The notes: generated by a model from the sequence alone, not told the origin. Numbered from the stretch's first letter, positions 41,118-51,167 are shown. The stretch: DNA of 64,000 bases from Acidobacteriota bacterium (GCA_965263035.1 OZ253580.1:736001-800000); one strand, 5' to 3'. Made by a program: numbers and translations.

Positions 41118-42834
41118 AATCATTCAGAACGCCCTCTCGTCGGCCGCCGACGAAATGTCACTGGCGCTCTATCGGACCGCTTACTCCACGATCGTCCGGG
41201 ACTGTCTCGACTACTCCACCTCACTGTGCAACGCCCGAGGCGAGATGATCGCGCAAGGTGTGACGATCCCCCTGCATCTGGGATCGGTCCCCCACGCCAT
41301 GGAGACCCTGCTGGACAAGTACGGCGACGACATGGAGCCGGAGGACGTTTTCATCATGAACGATCCTTTCGGCGGAGGAATGCACATCCCCGACATCTAC
41401 GTCGTCAAGCCCATATTCATCGAGGGCCGTCGCGTTTCCTTTGCCGTCAGTACGGCCCATCACCTCGATCTGGGAGGACGTCTGCCCGGAAGCTCGGCGT
41501 GTGACAATACGGAGATTTTTCAGGAAGGATTCCGCATCCCCTGGCTCAAGCTCTACCACCAGGGGGAACCCGACGTGACGATCTTCGAGTTGATGCGAAC
41601 CAACGTCAGGGTTCCCGAACAGACCATCGGCGACCTCCGGGCCCAGGTCGCGGCCTGCAATATCGGTGCTCGCGCCATCCAGTCGCTGGTGGAGCGTCAC
41701 GGTCCCGAGACCTTTGCCGATTGTGCCGACGATCTCATCGCGTACACCGAGCGCCTGATGCGCGCCGAGATCGCCGCCTGGCCGGACGGCAGCAACACCT
41801 TCACCGATTACATGGACAGCGATGGTGTCGGTGGGCCCAGGGTGCGTATCCAGGTGAAGATCACTATCGAAGGCGACACCCTGACGGCCGATTTCACCGG
41901 AACCGCTCCGCAAGTCCGAGGTGCGCTCAACAGCACGCTCTCATTTACCGAAGGCGCGGTAGCCGTCTGTGTCCGCTGCGCGATGCGGGATGAGGTGCCC
42001 AATACCGCCGGCATGTTCAAGCCCCTGAACATCATCACCGAGCCCGGTACCGTGGTCGACGTCGTGATGCCCGGGGCCTCCTCGATGCGCGGCGTGACCG
42101 GCTTTCGCATGGTCGATGCGATTTTCGGTGCGCTGGCCGGGCTGCTGCCCGACCGGATTCTGGCCGCCGGCGAAGGAGGCAACACGTTGGTGGTGATCGG
42201 GGGGATGCGAAAGGACCGGTCGCCCTATGTCTACTACGAACTGATGACCGGAACTTGGGGCGGCCGTCCTGACCGCGACGGCAACGACGGCCTCTGTAAT
42301 CCCATCAACGTCGCCAGCAACATACCCGTAGAGCACGCCGAAACCGAGTACCCGCTCCGCATCCGGCGCTACGGCCTGGTGGGAGACTCGGGAGGTGCCG
42401 GAAGGTACCGCGGCGGCTTGGCCGTCGAACGGGAATGGGAGTTGCTGGAGGGCGAGACCCACTTGGCCATCCGTTCCGACCGGCGCGACCACCTGCCTTA
42501 TGGACTCTACTCGGGGAAACCTGGAACGGGTTCTCTCACCGTTCTGACCCGGGATGGAGACCAGGAAGTCCTTCCCGTCATGATTTCGAGCACGTTGAAG
42601 GAAGGCGACGTGCTCTACCATCGGCAGCCTGGGGGCGGTGGCTGGGGCGAACCCCTCGATCGGCCCCCGGAGGCCGTTCAGCGGGACGTCAAGAACGAGA
42701 AAGTGTCGATCCAAGCGGCTCGCGATGACTATGGCGTGGCTTTCGGCGACGATCTGGCCGTGGACCACAGGGCCACGGCAGTTCTGCGTCATCGGCTCCG
42801 CAATGAGAATTCGGTGGCCGTGCACGAATTGTGA
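41089..42834 (+). CDS. Hydantoinase B/5-oxoprolinase family subunit
   Basis: NDPFGGGMH.PD, HH.D.GG..PGS, FQEG, DSGGAG..RGG, GGGGWG.P. Confidence 0.95.
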   Translation: MTEIDPITREIIQNALSSAADEMSLALYRTAYSTIVRDCLDYSTSLCNARGEMIAQGVTIPLHLGSVPHAMETLLDKYGDDMEPEDVFIMNDPFGGGMHIPDIYVVKPIFIEGRRVSFAVSTAHHLDLGGRLPGSSACDNTEIFQEGFRIPWLKLYHQGEPDVTIFELMRTNVRVPEQTIGDLRAQVAACNIGARAIQSLVERHGPETFADCADDLIAYTERLMRAEIAAWPDGSNTFTDYMDSDGVGGPRVRIQVKITIEGDTLTADFTGTAPQVRGALNSTLSFTEGAVAVCVRCAMRDEVPNTAGMFKPLNIITEPGTVVDVVMPGASSMRGVTGFRMVDAIFGALAGLLPDRILAAGEGGNTLVVIGGMRKDRSPYVYYELMTGTWGGRPDRDGNDGLCNPINVASNIPVEHAETEYPLRIRRYGLVGDSGGAGRYRGGLAVEREWELLEGETHLAIRSDRRDHLPYGLYSGKPGTGSLTVLTRDGDQEVLPVMISSTLKEGDVLYHRQPGGGGWGEPLDRPPEAVQRDVKNEKVSIQAARDDYGVAFGDDLAVDHRATAVLRHRLRNENSVAVHEL

Positions 42835-42927
42835 TGCGGCAAATCAGAAATTCACCCTCCATGGCGTACCGTCCCGGCGACAGCCGATAGACGCATCCCG
42901 GCCCCTAGTCCAAAGCATGGGATTCCG

Positions 42928-44073
42928 ATGAAGATTCAGGACATCCGTCTGCTGCCGCTCCGCGGCGAAACTCCCGATGGCGGATGGGATGACAAGTTTT
43001 CCGATCTCGAGAACAACCTGCACACGCTGGTCGAGGTCATTACCGACGAAGGCGTGACCGGAGTGGGCAGCGTATTCACTTCGGAACGGCTGATCCGGGG
43101 CGCCATCGAAGTGATGCGGCCGTTCCTGATCGGCGCCTCCGCTCTGGATCCGACGGCGACTTCCGAAACTTGCCACCAGCAGACATTCTGGCAGGGCCGC
43201 GGGGGAGCCGTCACCCATGCCGTATCGGGCATCGACATCGCTCTCTGGGACATTCTCGGCAAGGTCACCGGCCAGCCCATCAGCCGGCTCCTGGGAGGCC
43301 GCTACCGCGATCACGTCAAACCGTACGGTTCCCTGCTGATGGATGAACCCGAAATCCTGCGAGCCTCGCTGGAAGACGGGCTCAGCCGGGGATTCCGGGC
43401 CTTCAAGATCGGGTGGGGCCCGTTCGGCCGCCGCGACCGGCAGACCGATGAAGCCATCGTCAAGGCCGCGCGCGAAACGGTGGGTCCCGGTATCGAATTG
43501 ATGGTGGACGCCGGCGGTTCGGATGCCTTCTGGCCTCACGGCTACAAATGGGGACTGCAGACCGCGCGGATGCTGGCGGACCACGAGATTGCCTGGTTCG
43601 AGGAACCGTTGCGGCCGGATGATCTCGAGGGTTACGTGAAATTGACCGAAAACGCGCCGCTGCCCATTTCCGGCTGTGAAGTCTTCACCCGGCGGCAGTC
43701 ATTTATCGAGTGGATCGAACGGAGAGCCGTGGACTATATCCAGCCCGACGTCACCAAAGTCGGCGGAATCAGCGAGGAATTTCGCATTGCCCAGTATGCG
43801 GACGATCACTCGATCCGTTTCGTTCCCCACGGCTGGAATACGGCGATTGGCCTGGCAGCGGACCTGCAACTCGTCGCGGCCGTCCCCTGTGCTCGCTGGG
43901 TCGAATACATTACGCCGGCCCCCTACATCGAAGAGCTGCTGGCCGTTCCGATTCATCCCGACGAAGACGGCATGATTCCCATTCCGGACGGTCCCGGTCT
44001 CGGGCTGGAGTGGAACCCGGACGGTATTGCCCGGTTTACCGGTGGAATGCAGTTGACGCCCTCTTCGATTTAG
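42928..44073 (+). CDS. Mandelate racemase/muconate lactonizing enzyme (enolase superfamily) protein
   Basis: DIALWDI.GK, KIGWGP, MVDAG, EEP, GCE, QPD, PHGW, PGLG. Confidence 0.93.
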   Translation: MKIQDIRLLPLRGETPDGGWDDKFSDLENNLHTLVEVITDEGVTGVGSVFTSERLIRGAIEVMRPFLIGASALDPTATSETCHQQTFWQGRGGAVTHAVSGIDIALWDILGKVTGQPISRLLGGRYRDHVKPYGSLLMDEPEILRASLEDGLSRGFRAFKIGWGPFGRRDRQTDEAIVKAARETVGPGIELMVDAGGSDAFWPHGYKWGLQTARMLADHEIAWFEEPLRPDDLEGYVKLTENAPLPISGCEVFTRRQSFIEWIERRAVDYIQPDVTKVGGISEEFRIAQYADDHSIRFVPHGWNTAIGLAADLQLVAAVPCARWVEYITPAPYIEELLAVPIHPDEDGMIPIPDGPGLGLEWNPDGIARFTGGMQLTPSSI

Positions 44074-44975
44074 TAGAGCGCCGCCACGCCGCCCTCAAGT
44101 TGGTGGAGGAGCCGAACTTCATCGTCGCTGAGGGCTCTGTCAAACACGGCCAGCTCATCGAACAGGCCGACGTAGTTGATCCCCAACCTGATCGTACTGG
44201 CGGGAAGATCCCAGGTGAACGGTTCCTGAATCCCTTCGGTGGCCCCCTGTAGACGGCCGTCGAGATAGAGCCGGGCCGTCCCGCCGGCCTCATTGTTCAG
44301 GCCGGTGTAGGTGATCACGATGTGGGTCCAACTGCCGCGCGTGAACGGAGGACGTGTGACCGCAACCAGTCGGTTCATGAAATCGGGATTGTCATTTGGG
44401 GAGATTTTCTGCGGATTCCAAATCTCGAGATCCCCGAAGACTCCAAGTCTGAAATCCCGCGGCGGGTCCTTGCTGAAGTCCACCCAGATCGCAGCGTCGT
44501 TGTAGGCGCTGTCCGTCACCTGGATGGGATCGCAATAGCCGGGCTCGAGATCCTCGTCCGGATCCAGATTGAGCCAGAAAGAGATGGTGCCGGCCCAGTC
44601 TTCGGTTGAGTAGGCTACGTTCTTCTCGGACCTGTAGAACAGGGCGCTCTTGTGGCTCCGCTTGAAATTGAGTGCGTCTCCATAGCGGCCCACACCGTTT
44701 TCCAGGGCGATGTCCGGATTGCCGATGCCGGCCGATGCCGAATCGAGCTGGTCGTACTTCGGTGCCGAGTAGATCTGCGAATCGCCACGGGAGAAATCGG
44801 CGTCCACGCCCTGGTCAAAGGAGGCATGAAAGCTGAGGGCCTCGCTCAGGCCGTCAATTGGCGACGACGGCTCTTCCTTCACTTCGGCCGGGTCCGAAAC
44901 GGAACAGCCTGCGGTCCCGATCACGATCAGGAGCCAGGGAAGGCACCCTCTGAGACCGGCGAGTCGATACGGCAT
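44070..44975 (-). CDS. LamG/concanavalin-like domain lipoprotein
   Basis: TAGC lipobox; GTISFW, WTHIVITY, LYLDG, FDELAVFDRALS. Confidence 0.85.
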   Translation of the reverse strand: MPYRLAGLRGCLPWLLIVIGTAGCSVSDPAEVKEEPSSPIDGLSEALSFHASFDQGVDADFSRGDSQIYSAPKYDQLDSASAGIGNPDIALENGVGRYGDALNFKRSHKSALFYRSEKNVAYSTEDWAGTISFWLNLDPDEDLEPGYCDPIQVTDSAYNDAAIWVDFSKDPPRDFRLGVFGDLEIWNPQKISPNDNPDFMNRLVAVTRPPFTRGSWTHIVITYTGLNNEAGGTARLYLDGRLQGATEGIQEPFTWDLPASTIRLGINYVGLFDELAVFDRALSDDEVRLLHQLEGGVAALY

Positions 44976-45039
44976 GATTCTTTCTCTCCGTTCCTCGGAT
45001 CGGCTCACACCTTCAACTCTCAGTTGAAACCGGCGAGCC

Positions 45040-46452
45040 TCAACCGTCGCTCTCCAGCCGCTTGCCGACCACCAGGATCAGGGTTGATATCAACACGCCA
45101 ATCAGCACCGGGTCGAACACCCAGATGAAAAAGCTGGCTCCCGCCTTGAGCTCCCGGGGCGTGACGGCCTGAGCGACGATGACCGCCACCGCACTGACCG
45201 TCAGCGCGGTCAACACCGTCCGGGTTTTCTTGCGCATCGACGGGAAAAGAAGGATGGCGATCAGGACCGGCGACAGCGAGCCCGCCACCAGCCGGCCCCC
45301 GGCAAAGAAGAGCTCCAACAGAAGCGGAATGTAGTAGTAGGTGACGCAAGCCAGAACCGCGGTCAGCAGAATACTCAGTCGGGACACCAGGAGCATCCGC
45401 GACGCGCCGGCGTGGGGATCGATGAACCTCTGATAGATGTCCACGGTCACGTTCGATCCCATGGTCCCGATGGTGGAACTCAAGGTCGACATGTTGGCGC
45501 TCAGGATGGCAATGAAAATGATGCTCCCCAGATAGGGCCCCGCCAACTGACCGGAAAGATTCAAGAAAACCTGGTCGGCTTCGACGTCCTTACCGAAAAA
45601 AGCGATCCCGACCAGGCCCAGCAGGGCCGGAATGATGTACCACAATATGGTCAGGAACCCGCCATAGATGAACCCTCGGCGCGCCACTGCGGCGCTGGAT
45701 GCCGAAAAGGCTCTCTGCGCCAGACTCTGGTACCCGCAGGCCAGGAAGAAGCCCATGGAGAACCAGCCCAGGATCTCCAGTGCGTCGAAGTTGCCCGTGA
45801 AGGAGAACAGCGCCGGCTCGTCGACCTTCTCCACCATTGCCCCCAGACCGCCCAGATTCATAATGGACAGGACGAGAAGCAGCACCGTCCCGAGCACGAT
45901 GATGAAGAACTGGATCGCATCGGTGAGCAGAACCGCCCACATCCCCCCCAGCGCCACGTAGAGGACGGTGATGAAATAGGTCAGCACGAGGGCGGTGAAG
46001 ATGCTGATATCGAGCGCCGAGGAAGTCACGATGGCGGTGGCGCCGATGGTCCCCGCCGTGGCGCCGAAATCACGCAGCATCGCCACGAACAGCGCCACCA
46101 GGCGATGCGTCGGACCGAAGAAGCGCTCCAGGATCTGAGGAGTGGTGATGACCCGGAGCTTCCACATTCGGGGAATGAGAAAGATCCCGATCCACAAGGT
46201 GCCAATCCCGACGGCGCTGGTGTGCCAATAGGAGCTGAGACCGAAGCTCTTGCCGAAACCGGTAATGGTGATCAGGGTCACGCCGTTGATCCAGGTGGCG
46301 GCCACCGAGCAGGCGATCAGCCAGGGGCCCACGCTCCGGCCGGCGACGGTCATGTCCTCATAGGTCGTAACGCGCCGCTTCGCGCTCCAGACGCCGATCC
46401 CCAACACGACCATCAGGTAGACGGCGACCAGAGGCCAGAGGATCTCGTTCAT
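45040..46452 (-). CDS. Sodium:solute symporter family protein
   Basis: VAGRSVG, ATWING, GGMWAVLLTDAIQF, QRAF, ANMST; about 13 TM segments. Confidence 0.92.
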   Translation of the reverse strand: MNEILWPLVAVYLMVVLGIGVWSAKRRVTTYEDMTVAGRSVGPWLIACSVAATWINGVTLITITGFGKSFGLSSYWHTSAVGIGTLWIGIFLIPRMWKLRVITTPQILERFFGPTHRLVALFVAMLRDFGATAGTIGATAIVTSSALDISIFTALVLTYFITVLYVALGGMWAVLLTDAIQFFIIVLGTVLLLVLSIMNLGGLGAMVEKVDEPALFSFTGNFDALEILGWFSMGFFLACGYQSLAQRAFSASSAAVARRGFIYGGFLTILWYIIPALLGLVGIAFFGKDVEADQVFLNLSGQLAGPYLGSIIFIAILSANMSTLSSTIGTMGSNVTVDIYQRFIDPHAGASRMLLVSRLSILLTAVLACVTYYYIPLLLELFFAGGRLVAGSLSPVLIAILLFPSMRKKTRTVLTALTVSAVAVIVAQAVTPRELKAGASFFIWVFDPVLIGVLISTLILVVGKRLESDG

Positions 46453-46613
46453 GGAGAAACCAGGTGAAACAGAAGAATCCAGAAGATATAGAAGAGGCCC
46501 ACTCCCAGGAATATGAGGATGAATCCGATCACCGCACTCCGCCAGGAGGGCTCGTTCCGATCGAGTTGAGCCAAGTTCACCGAAGAATCGCGTTGGCGGC
46601 CGGCTTTGTCCAT
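46449..46613 (-). CDS. 54-aa single-TM protein, probable SSS accessory subunit (absent from the ORF track)
   Basis: MDKAGRQRDSSVNLAQLDRNEPSWRSAVIGFILIFLGVGLFYIFWILLFHLVSP*; its stop overlaps the SSS start (ATGA). Confidence 0.75.
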   Translation of the reverse strand: MDKAGRQRDSSVNLAQLDRNEPSWRSAVIGFILIFLGVGLFYIFWILLFHLVSP

Positions 46614-47385
46614 GAGTCGAACCTACATCTGAGGAATGAGCGTGACCGGAAGGTCGTCACGCCCTTCGCGGGCCGCGTAGGGCCCGTCACGCCGATAACG
46701 CTCGGCAGCCTTTCCTACCGCCTCCCGGTCCAGCTCAACTCCGATCCCGGGGCCGTGTGGAATCTCCACGCAGCCCTGCTCGATCTTGGGCGGGCCTCCC
46801 CGGATGATATCGTCCTCCCGCATCATGAGATAGCTCTGATTGGCGTAGAGGAAGTTGGGGCTGGAGGCGGCAACATGGAAGCCCGCGAAGTGACCGACGC
46901 TGGTTTCTCCCCAGGAATGATGATTGACCCCGACGCCGTAGGCTTCGGCCAACGCCGCTGCCTTCTTGTAGAAGAGCAACCCGCCCATCTGCCACTGATC
47001 GATGACCAAAACGTCGGCCGCGTTGGCCTGCAGGATTCGCTTGGCGTCGTACAGGGTCCATGACGACTGATTGGCGGCGATGGGGGTGTTGACCGAGCGT
47101 CGAACGTGGGCCAGGGCGTTCAGATCGTTGATGATCACCGGCTCTTCGACCCACTCCAGATCGAATTTCTCCATCTGTTTGATGAAGCGGATCGCCGTAC
47201 CCGGGGTCCAGGCCTCGTTGGCGTCAACCCGGATGTTGGCATTCGTCCCGACGGCGTCACGGACCGCTTCAATGGCGGCGATGTCGCCGTTCATATCGCC
47301 CCCGACCTTGAAGAAGGGGATTATATACAATAGTGACGAGAAATGTCAGCGCCATGCTGTATAGTGTTAGCTGTAAGGGGTTGAT

Positions 47386-48333
47386 ATGAAAAGACATAAG
47401 GCACCTGGAAAGCACTTCCGTCAGGGACTCTCGGTGAGTCAGTTCTTTGCCAAGTTCCCGAACGACAAGGCGGCAGAAGCATGGGTCGCGAAGAAGCGGT
47501 GGCCCGATGAGGTCTGCTGCGCCCGTTGCGGATCGGTCAACGTTCAGACCCAGACCAAGCACCGGACGATGCCTTATCGCTGCCGTGAAAAGGAGTGCGG
47601 TAAGTGGTTCAGCGTCAAGACCGGGACGCCCATGGCTTGCTCCAAACTTGGGTGCCGGAGCTGGCTCTATGCCATCTATGTCGTCTCGACTCACCTGAAG
47701 GGTGTCTCCAGTATGAAACTGCATCGTGATCTTGGCATCACTCAGAAGTCGGCATGGCACCTGATTCACCGGATTCGGGAGACCTGGAACGACGACCCGA
47801 CGATCCGATTCTTCGGCCCGGTCGAGGCGGACGAATCGTATTTCGGTGGCAAGCGTCGGAATATGAGCAACCAGAAACGGAAGCAACTGACGGGACGCGG
47901 GCCGGTGGGCAAAACGGCGGTTGTGGGACTCAAGGACCGGCAGACCAACGAGGTCCGGGCCCAGGTTGTCGAGGACACAACGGCCAAGACCCTCCAGGGT
48001 TACGTGCTGGACAACACGCAGCTTGGAACGACGGTTTACACGGATGACGCCCGCCCATATTCTTCTCTGAAGAACCATGAAACGGTCCGTCATTCAGCCC
48101 TGGAATTCGTCAGGGGTCCGGTTCACACCAATGGCGTCGAGTCGTTCTGGTCGATGCTCAAAAGGGCGCACACTGGAACTTTCCACAAGATTTCCAGAGC
48201 GCATCTTCACCGCTACATCGGGGAGTTTGCAGGCCGTCACAACATGAGAAACAAGGACACGCTGGACCAGATGGCTCACGTCATCGGCCGGATGAACGGG
48301 AAGTGGCTGCGTTACAAGGACCTGGTGGGGTGA
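47386..48333 (+). CDS. IS1595-family transposase
   Basis: Zn ribbon CARCG...YRCREKEC, HTH region, VEADESY, VYTD, HTNGVESFWS, YIGEF. Confidence 0.95.
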   Translation: MKRHKAPGKHFRQGLSVSQFFAKFPNDKAAEAWVAKKRWPDEVCCARCGSVNVQTQTKHRTMPYRCREKECGKWFSVKTGTPMACSKLGCRSWLYAIYVVSTHLKGVSSMKLHRDLGITQKSAWHLIHRIRETWNDDPTIRFFGPVEADESYFGGKRRNMSNQKRKQLTGRGPVGKTAVVGLKDRQTNEVRAQVVEDTTAKTLQGYVLDNTQLGTTVYTDDARPYSSLKNHETVRHSALEFVRGPVHTNGVESFWSMLKRAHTGTFHKISRAHLHRYIGEFAGRHNMRNKDTLDQMAHVIGRMNGKWLRYKDLVG

Positions 48334-48557
48334 GCCTGGAGCCTGGGAGGTTAATTTACGGAGACGGTTTGGACTGGAGGTCCCAGTGGGATGACCAGTG
48401 CGTTGACCTGATTTACCTGGACCCCCCTTTCAACTCGAATCAAGATTACAATATTCTGTATTCAGACCAGGGCGGAGACCTCGCCCCATTCCGGGCGTTT
48501 GCCGAACGTGGTCGATTGCGGAATCCTTTGACCACAGGTTTCCAGCACTTCCCCTGA
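48330..48557 (+). pseudogene. N-terminal fragment of an amino-DNA methyltransferase (IS passenger)
   Basis: GTG overlaps the transposase stop. LIYGDGLDW...VDLIYLDPPFNSNQDYN contains motif IV (DPPF); no SAM-binding motif appears before the stop. Confidence 0.8.
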
Positions 48558-48615
48558 TGACACACCCCTACGCGGGAAAGCCGCTATCCACACAACGCAG
48601 CCTGCTGGACTGCAC

Positions 48616-48792
48616 ATGAAACGCCAACGGCCCAAGCCCCGAAAGGTCAAACTGGTGAAGTCGTCCTATCAACCCTCCAAGGTGGAACTGGAGGAGGAAG
48701 TCAAACTGGACTGTTCCTTCGATGAGTTGTTCCAAGCCATGTTCCAACCCGTTGATGTTGAGTGGATTGAACGGCCGGAGAAGAGGGATTGA
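48616..48792 (+). CDS. 58-aa hypothetical IS passenger (absent from the ORF track)
   Basis: MKRQRPKPRKVKLVKSSYQPSKVELEEEVKLDCSFDELFQAMFQPVDVEWIERPEKRD*, ending just inside the right TIR region. Confidence 0.55.
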   Translation: MKRQRPKPRKVKLVKSSYQPSKVELEEEVKLDCSFDELFQAMFQPVDVEWIERPEKRD

Positions 48793-49379
48793 GGGCCAGG
48801 GTTTCGTCACTTTTGTACATAATCCCCTTGAAGAAGATGGTCTGGTAGCCCTCGGAAACCGCTTGCCTGGCCCTCCGGACCATCTCGTCCAGGGGGAAGC
48901 GGAGAAGATAGTAGAAGATCGGAATGCGCTCCCGAAGCAACCCCCCGAGCAGGTAGTAGAGCGGTTGGCCGGACACCTTCCCCATGATGTCCCAGAGAGC
49001 GGTTTCGACTCCTCCCATCATCACGTTTCCGACACGTTCGAAAAAACTCCAGTTCCCGAGGCTCTTCAGATCATTGAGAATGCGCTCGATGTTTCTGGGA
49101 TCCCGTCCCAGCAAGAACGGCTTGGCGGACAGGATGGCCGCTTCGATGACTTGTGAGTTGGGCCGGCAGATGCACTCTCCCAGCCCCGTGATGCCTTCGT
49201 CGGTCTCCACTTCAATGAGAATTTCGGTCGTCCCCAAGCGATAACCGGTGGACACGAACTCCGGCTCTCTGTGGGGGAGATTCAAGAAAGTCGTCTTGAT
49301 GTCGCTGATCTTCAAGAAACGTCCTTTCAGGACAATATTTGACCGGTGACGGCGATTGCGGCCGGTTCTTTACCCTGTT

Positions 49380-51167
49380 TCAACGAGGAATGACGGGAAG
49401 AACCAGTGCCGACGGGTACTGGCCATCATGGTGGATGGTCTGCTCCGCAATTTTCGTTTCGGCGCTGGCGCCCAGGCGATTGCCCGTATTCAAATTTCTC
49501 GCATAGCGGGGGAAATTGCTGCTGGAGATCTCGAGCCGGATTCGGTGACCCGCTTTGAAGACGGTGCTGGTCTCCCAGAGACTGATGCGATACTCATATA
49601 TCTTCCCCGGTTCGATCAGGCTCGGGTTCTCGAGAGACTCCCGGAAGGCAGCCCGCTGAATCCCTTCGCAGATATGGATGGCCCGTCCATCCGGATAGAC
49701 GTCAGTCAGCGTTGCAGTGAAATCCGTGTCCTTGGCGGTTGAGGCCGCGTACAGCCTCAACTCCACCGGTCCGGTAACTTCCGTGTCCCGGTCCAGCGGT
49801 GGGCTCGTATACACCAGGACATCGTCTCTTCTCTGGACCGGACGGCGGTCTCTCGGACCCTTCAGATCACCATGGGTCGAAATCTGTCCTCCCAATGTCG
49901 GCACTGGATCATGGGGATTGTATCGGTAGGAATCCGCAGGGGCGGCGGAGAGGTCCGGTTCAGAAGAAAGCCGGCCGTTTCCATGAAGAGAGTTAGCGCT
50001 CCCGCGGCTGGAAAGATAGTAATCCGTCCACTGGGTCCGTTCCAAGGGCCATTCCTGTTCATCCCTCCACCGGTCGTCCCCCATCACGAAGATGCGTATC
50101 GGCGCTTCCTGATCGATCCCGTTTTCGATCCCCTTCAACCAATGGTCATACCATCTCAGGTGGACCGCCCGTAGATCGATGCCGTCGCCAAAAGTGACGC
50201 TTTTTCCATCTGCCATTCGATAGCCGCCGTGAGCCCAGGGACCCACCAGGATCTTGGTTCCTTTCCTTGCAGTCTCCGAGCCGCCTTCCTTGCGCATGCC
50301 TTCGAAGTTGCGAAACGCTTCGTGCACCAAGTTGTCGTACCATCCGCTCATCAGATAGGCCGGGACCGTGATCTGGCCATATTTTTCCTTGACCCCATAG
50401 GACTTCCAATAAGAGTCATAGGTCCAGTGGCTCAGCCACTCCTGGTAGTACGAGCCCTCGGCCAAGTCGTCCAAGGCAGTCATGAGGGGGAGCCGCCGAA
50501 ACACCTCCTCGTAGTTGACGGTCACTTCTCCGTGGGCGAAGCGGGATATGTTGGGCTGCAACGTATGGCCCGCGAGAAACACTCCGGCCATGAAGATCAC
50601 ACCCAGTTGGGGAACTCCGTCGTTGAAGAGATGGCCGAAATTGGTCTGCTGGTTGGACGCCGGGACCATGCATTTCAGATAGGGGCTGCCCAGTGGAGCG
50701 GACATGAGCGCCGTGAAGCCGTCGTAGGATCGTCCGAACGTTCCCACCGCTCCGTTGCACCAGTCTTGCTGTCCCAGCCACTGTTGGGTGTCGTAGCCGT
50801 CTTGCGGTTCATCGACGTAGGGTTCCCACACACCCTCGGAGTCATAGCGTCCCCGCACATCGACCAGGGCGACTCCGTAACCGCGGCGGGCAAAATAGAG
50901 TCCCCAGGGCACCTTCAGCGGGCCGATGTTGTTGCCCCAGTAGGTCCGCAGCAAGAGACAGGGAAACTTCCCGGACGCGTCGGGACGGTAGATGTCCGCA
51001 GAAAGATTGACTCCGTCCCTCATCGGGACCTTCACGTTGATCTTGACTTTAACCGCATACTGCTCAGGGCCGGGTTCCCATCCTGGTTGGGCCGTGGCGG
51101 CGACGATCGAAACAAAAAAGGCCAGAGCCGACAGGATCAGAACCCGGCTCCACGTTCCTGCAAACAT
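49380..51167 (-). CDS. CocE/NonD family serine hydrolase (paralog 2)
   Basis: Signal peptide; VPMRDG, GRSYDG, GWYD, GPWAH, SSNFPRY. Confidence 0.93.
   Translation of the reverse strand: MFAGTWSRVLILSALAFFVSIVAATAQPGWEPGPEQYAVKVKINVKVPMRDGVNLSADIYRPDASGKFPCLLLRTYWGNNIGPLKVPWGLYFARRGYGVALVDVRGRYDSEGVWEPYVDEPQDGYDTQQWLGQQDWCNGAVGTFGRSYDGFTALMSAPLGSPYLKCMVPASNQQTNFGHLFNDGVPQLGVIFMAGVFLAGHTLQPNISRFAHGEVTVNYEEVFRRLPLMTALDDLAEGSYYQEWLSHWTYDSYWKSYGVKEKYGQITVPAYLMSGWYDNLVHEAFRNFEGMRKEGGSETARKGTKILVGPWAHGGYRMADGKSVTFGDGIDLRAVHLRWYDHWLKGIENGIDQEAPIRIFVMGDDRWRDEQEWPLERTQWTDYYLSSRGSANSLHGNGRLSSEPDLSAAPADSYRYNPHDPVPTLGGQISTHGDLKGPRDRRPVQRRDDVLVYTSPPLDRDTEVTGPVELRLYAASTAKDTDFTATLTDVYPDGRAIHICEGIQRAAFRESLENPSLIEPGKIYEYRISLWETSTVFKAGHRIRLEISSSNFPRYARNLNTGNRLGASAETKIAEQTIHHDGQYPSALVLPVIPR

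Larger units (their letters stand above)
47316..48827 (+). mobile_element. IS1595-family insertion sequence (1512 bp) with passenger ORFs
   Basis: TIRs ggggattatatacaatagtgacga and (rc) ggggattatgtacaaaagtgacga; 8-bp TSD ttgaagaa at 47308-47315 and 48828-48835. Confidence 0.96.
46623..49315 (-). pseudogene. Enolase-superfamily gene interrupted by IS1595 (5' part 48828-49315, 3' part 46623-47307)
   Basis: Removing the IS and one TSD rejoins ...YQTIFFK-VGGDMNG... into a 1173-bp, 390-aa frame with ETALWD..GK, DANE, EEP, ANQ, HS and PGIG. Confidence 0.92.
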
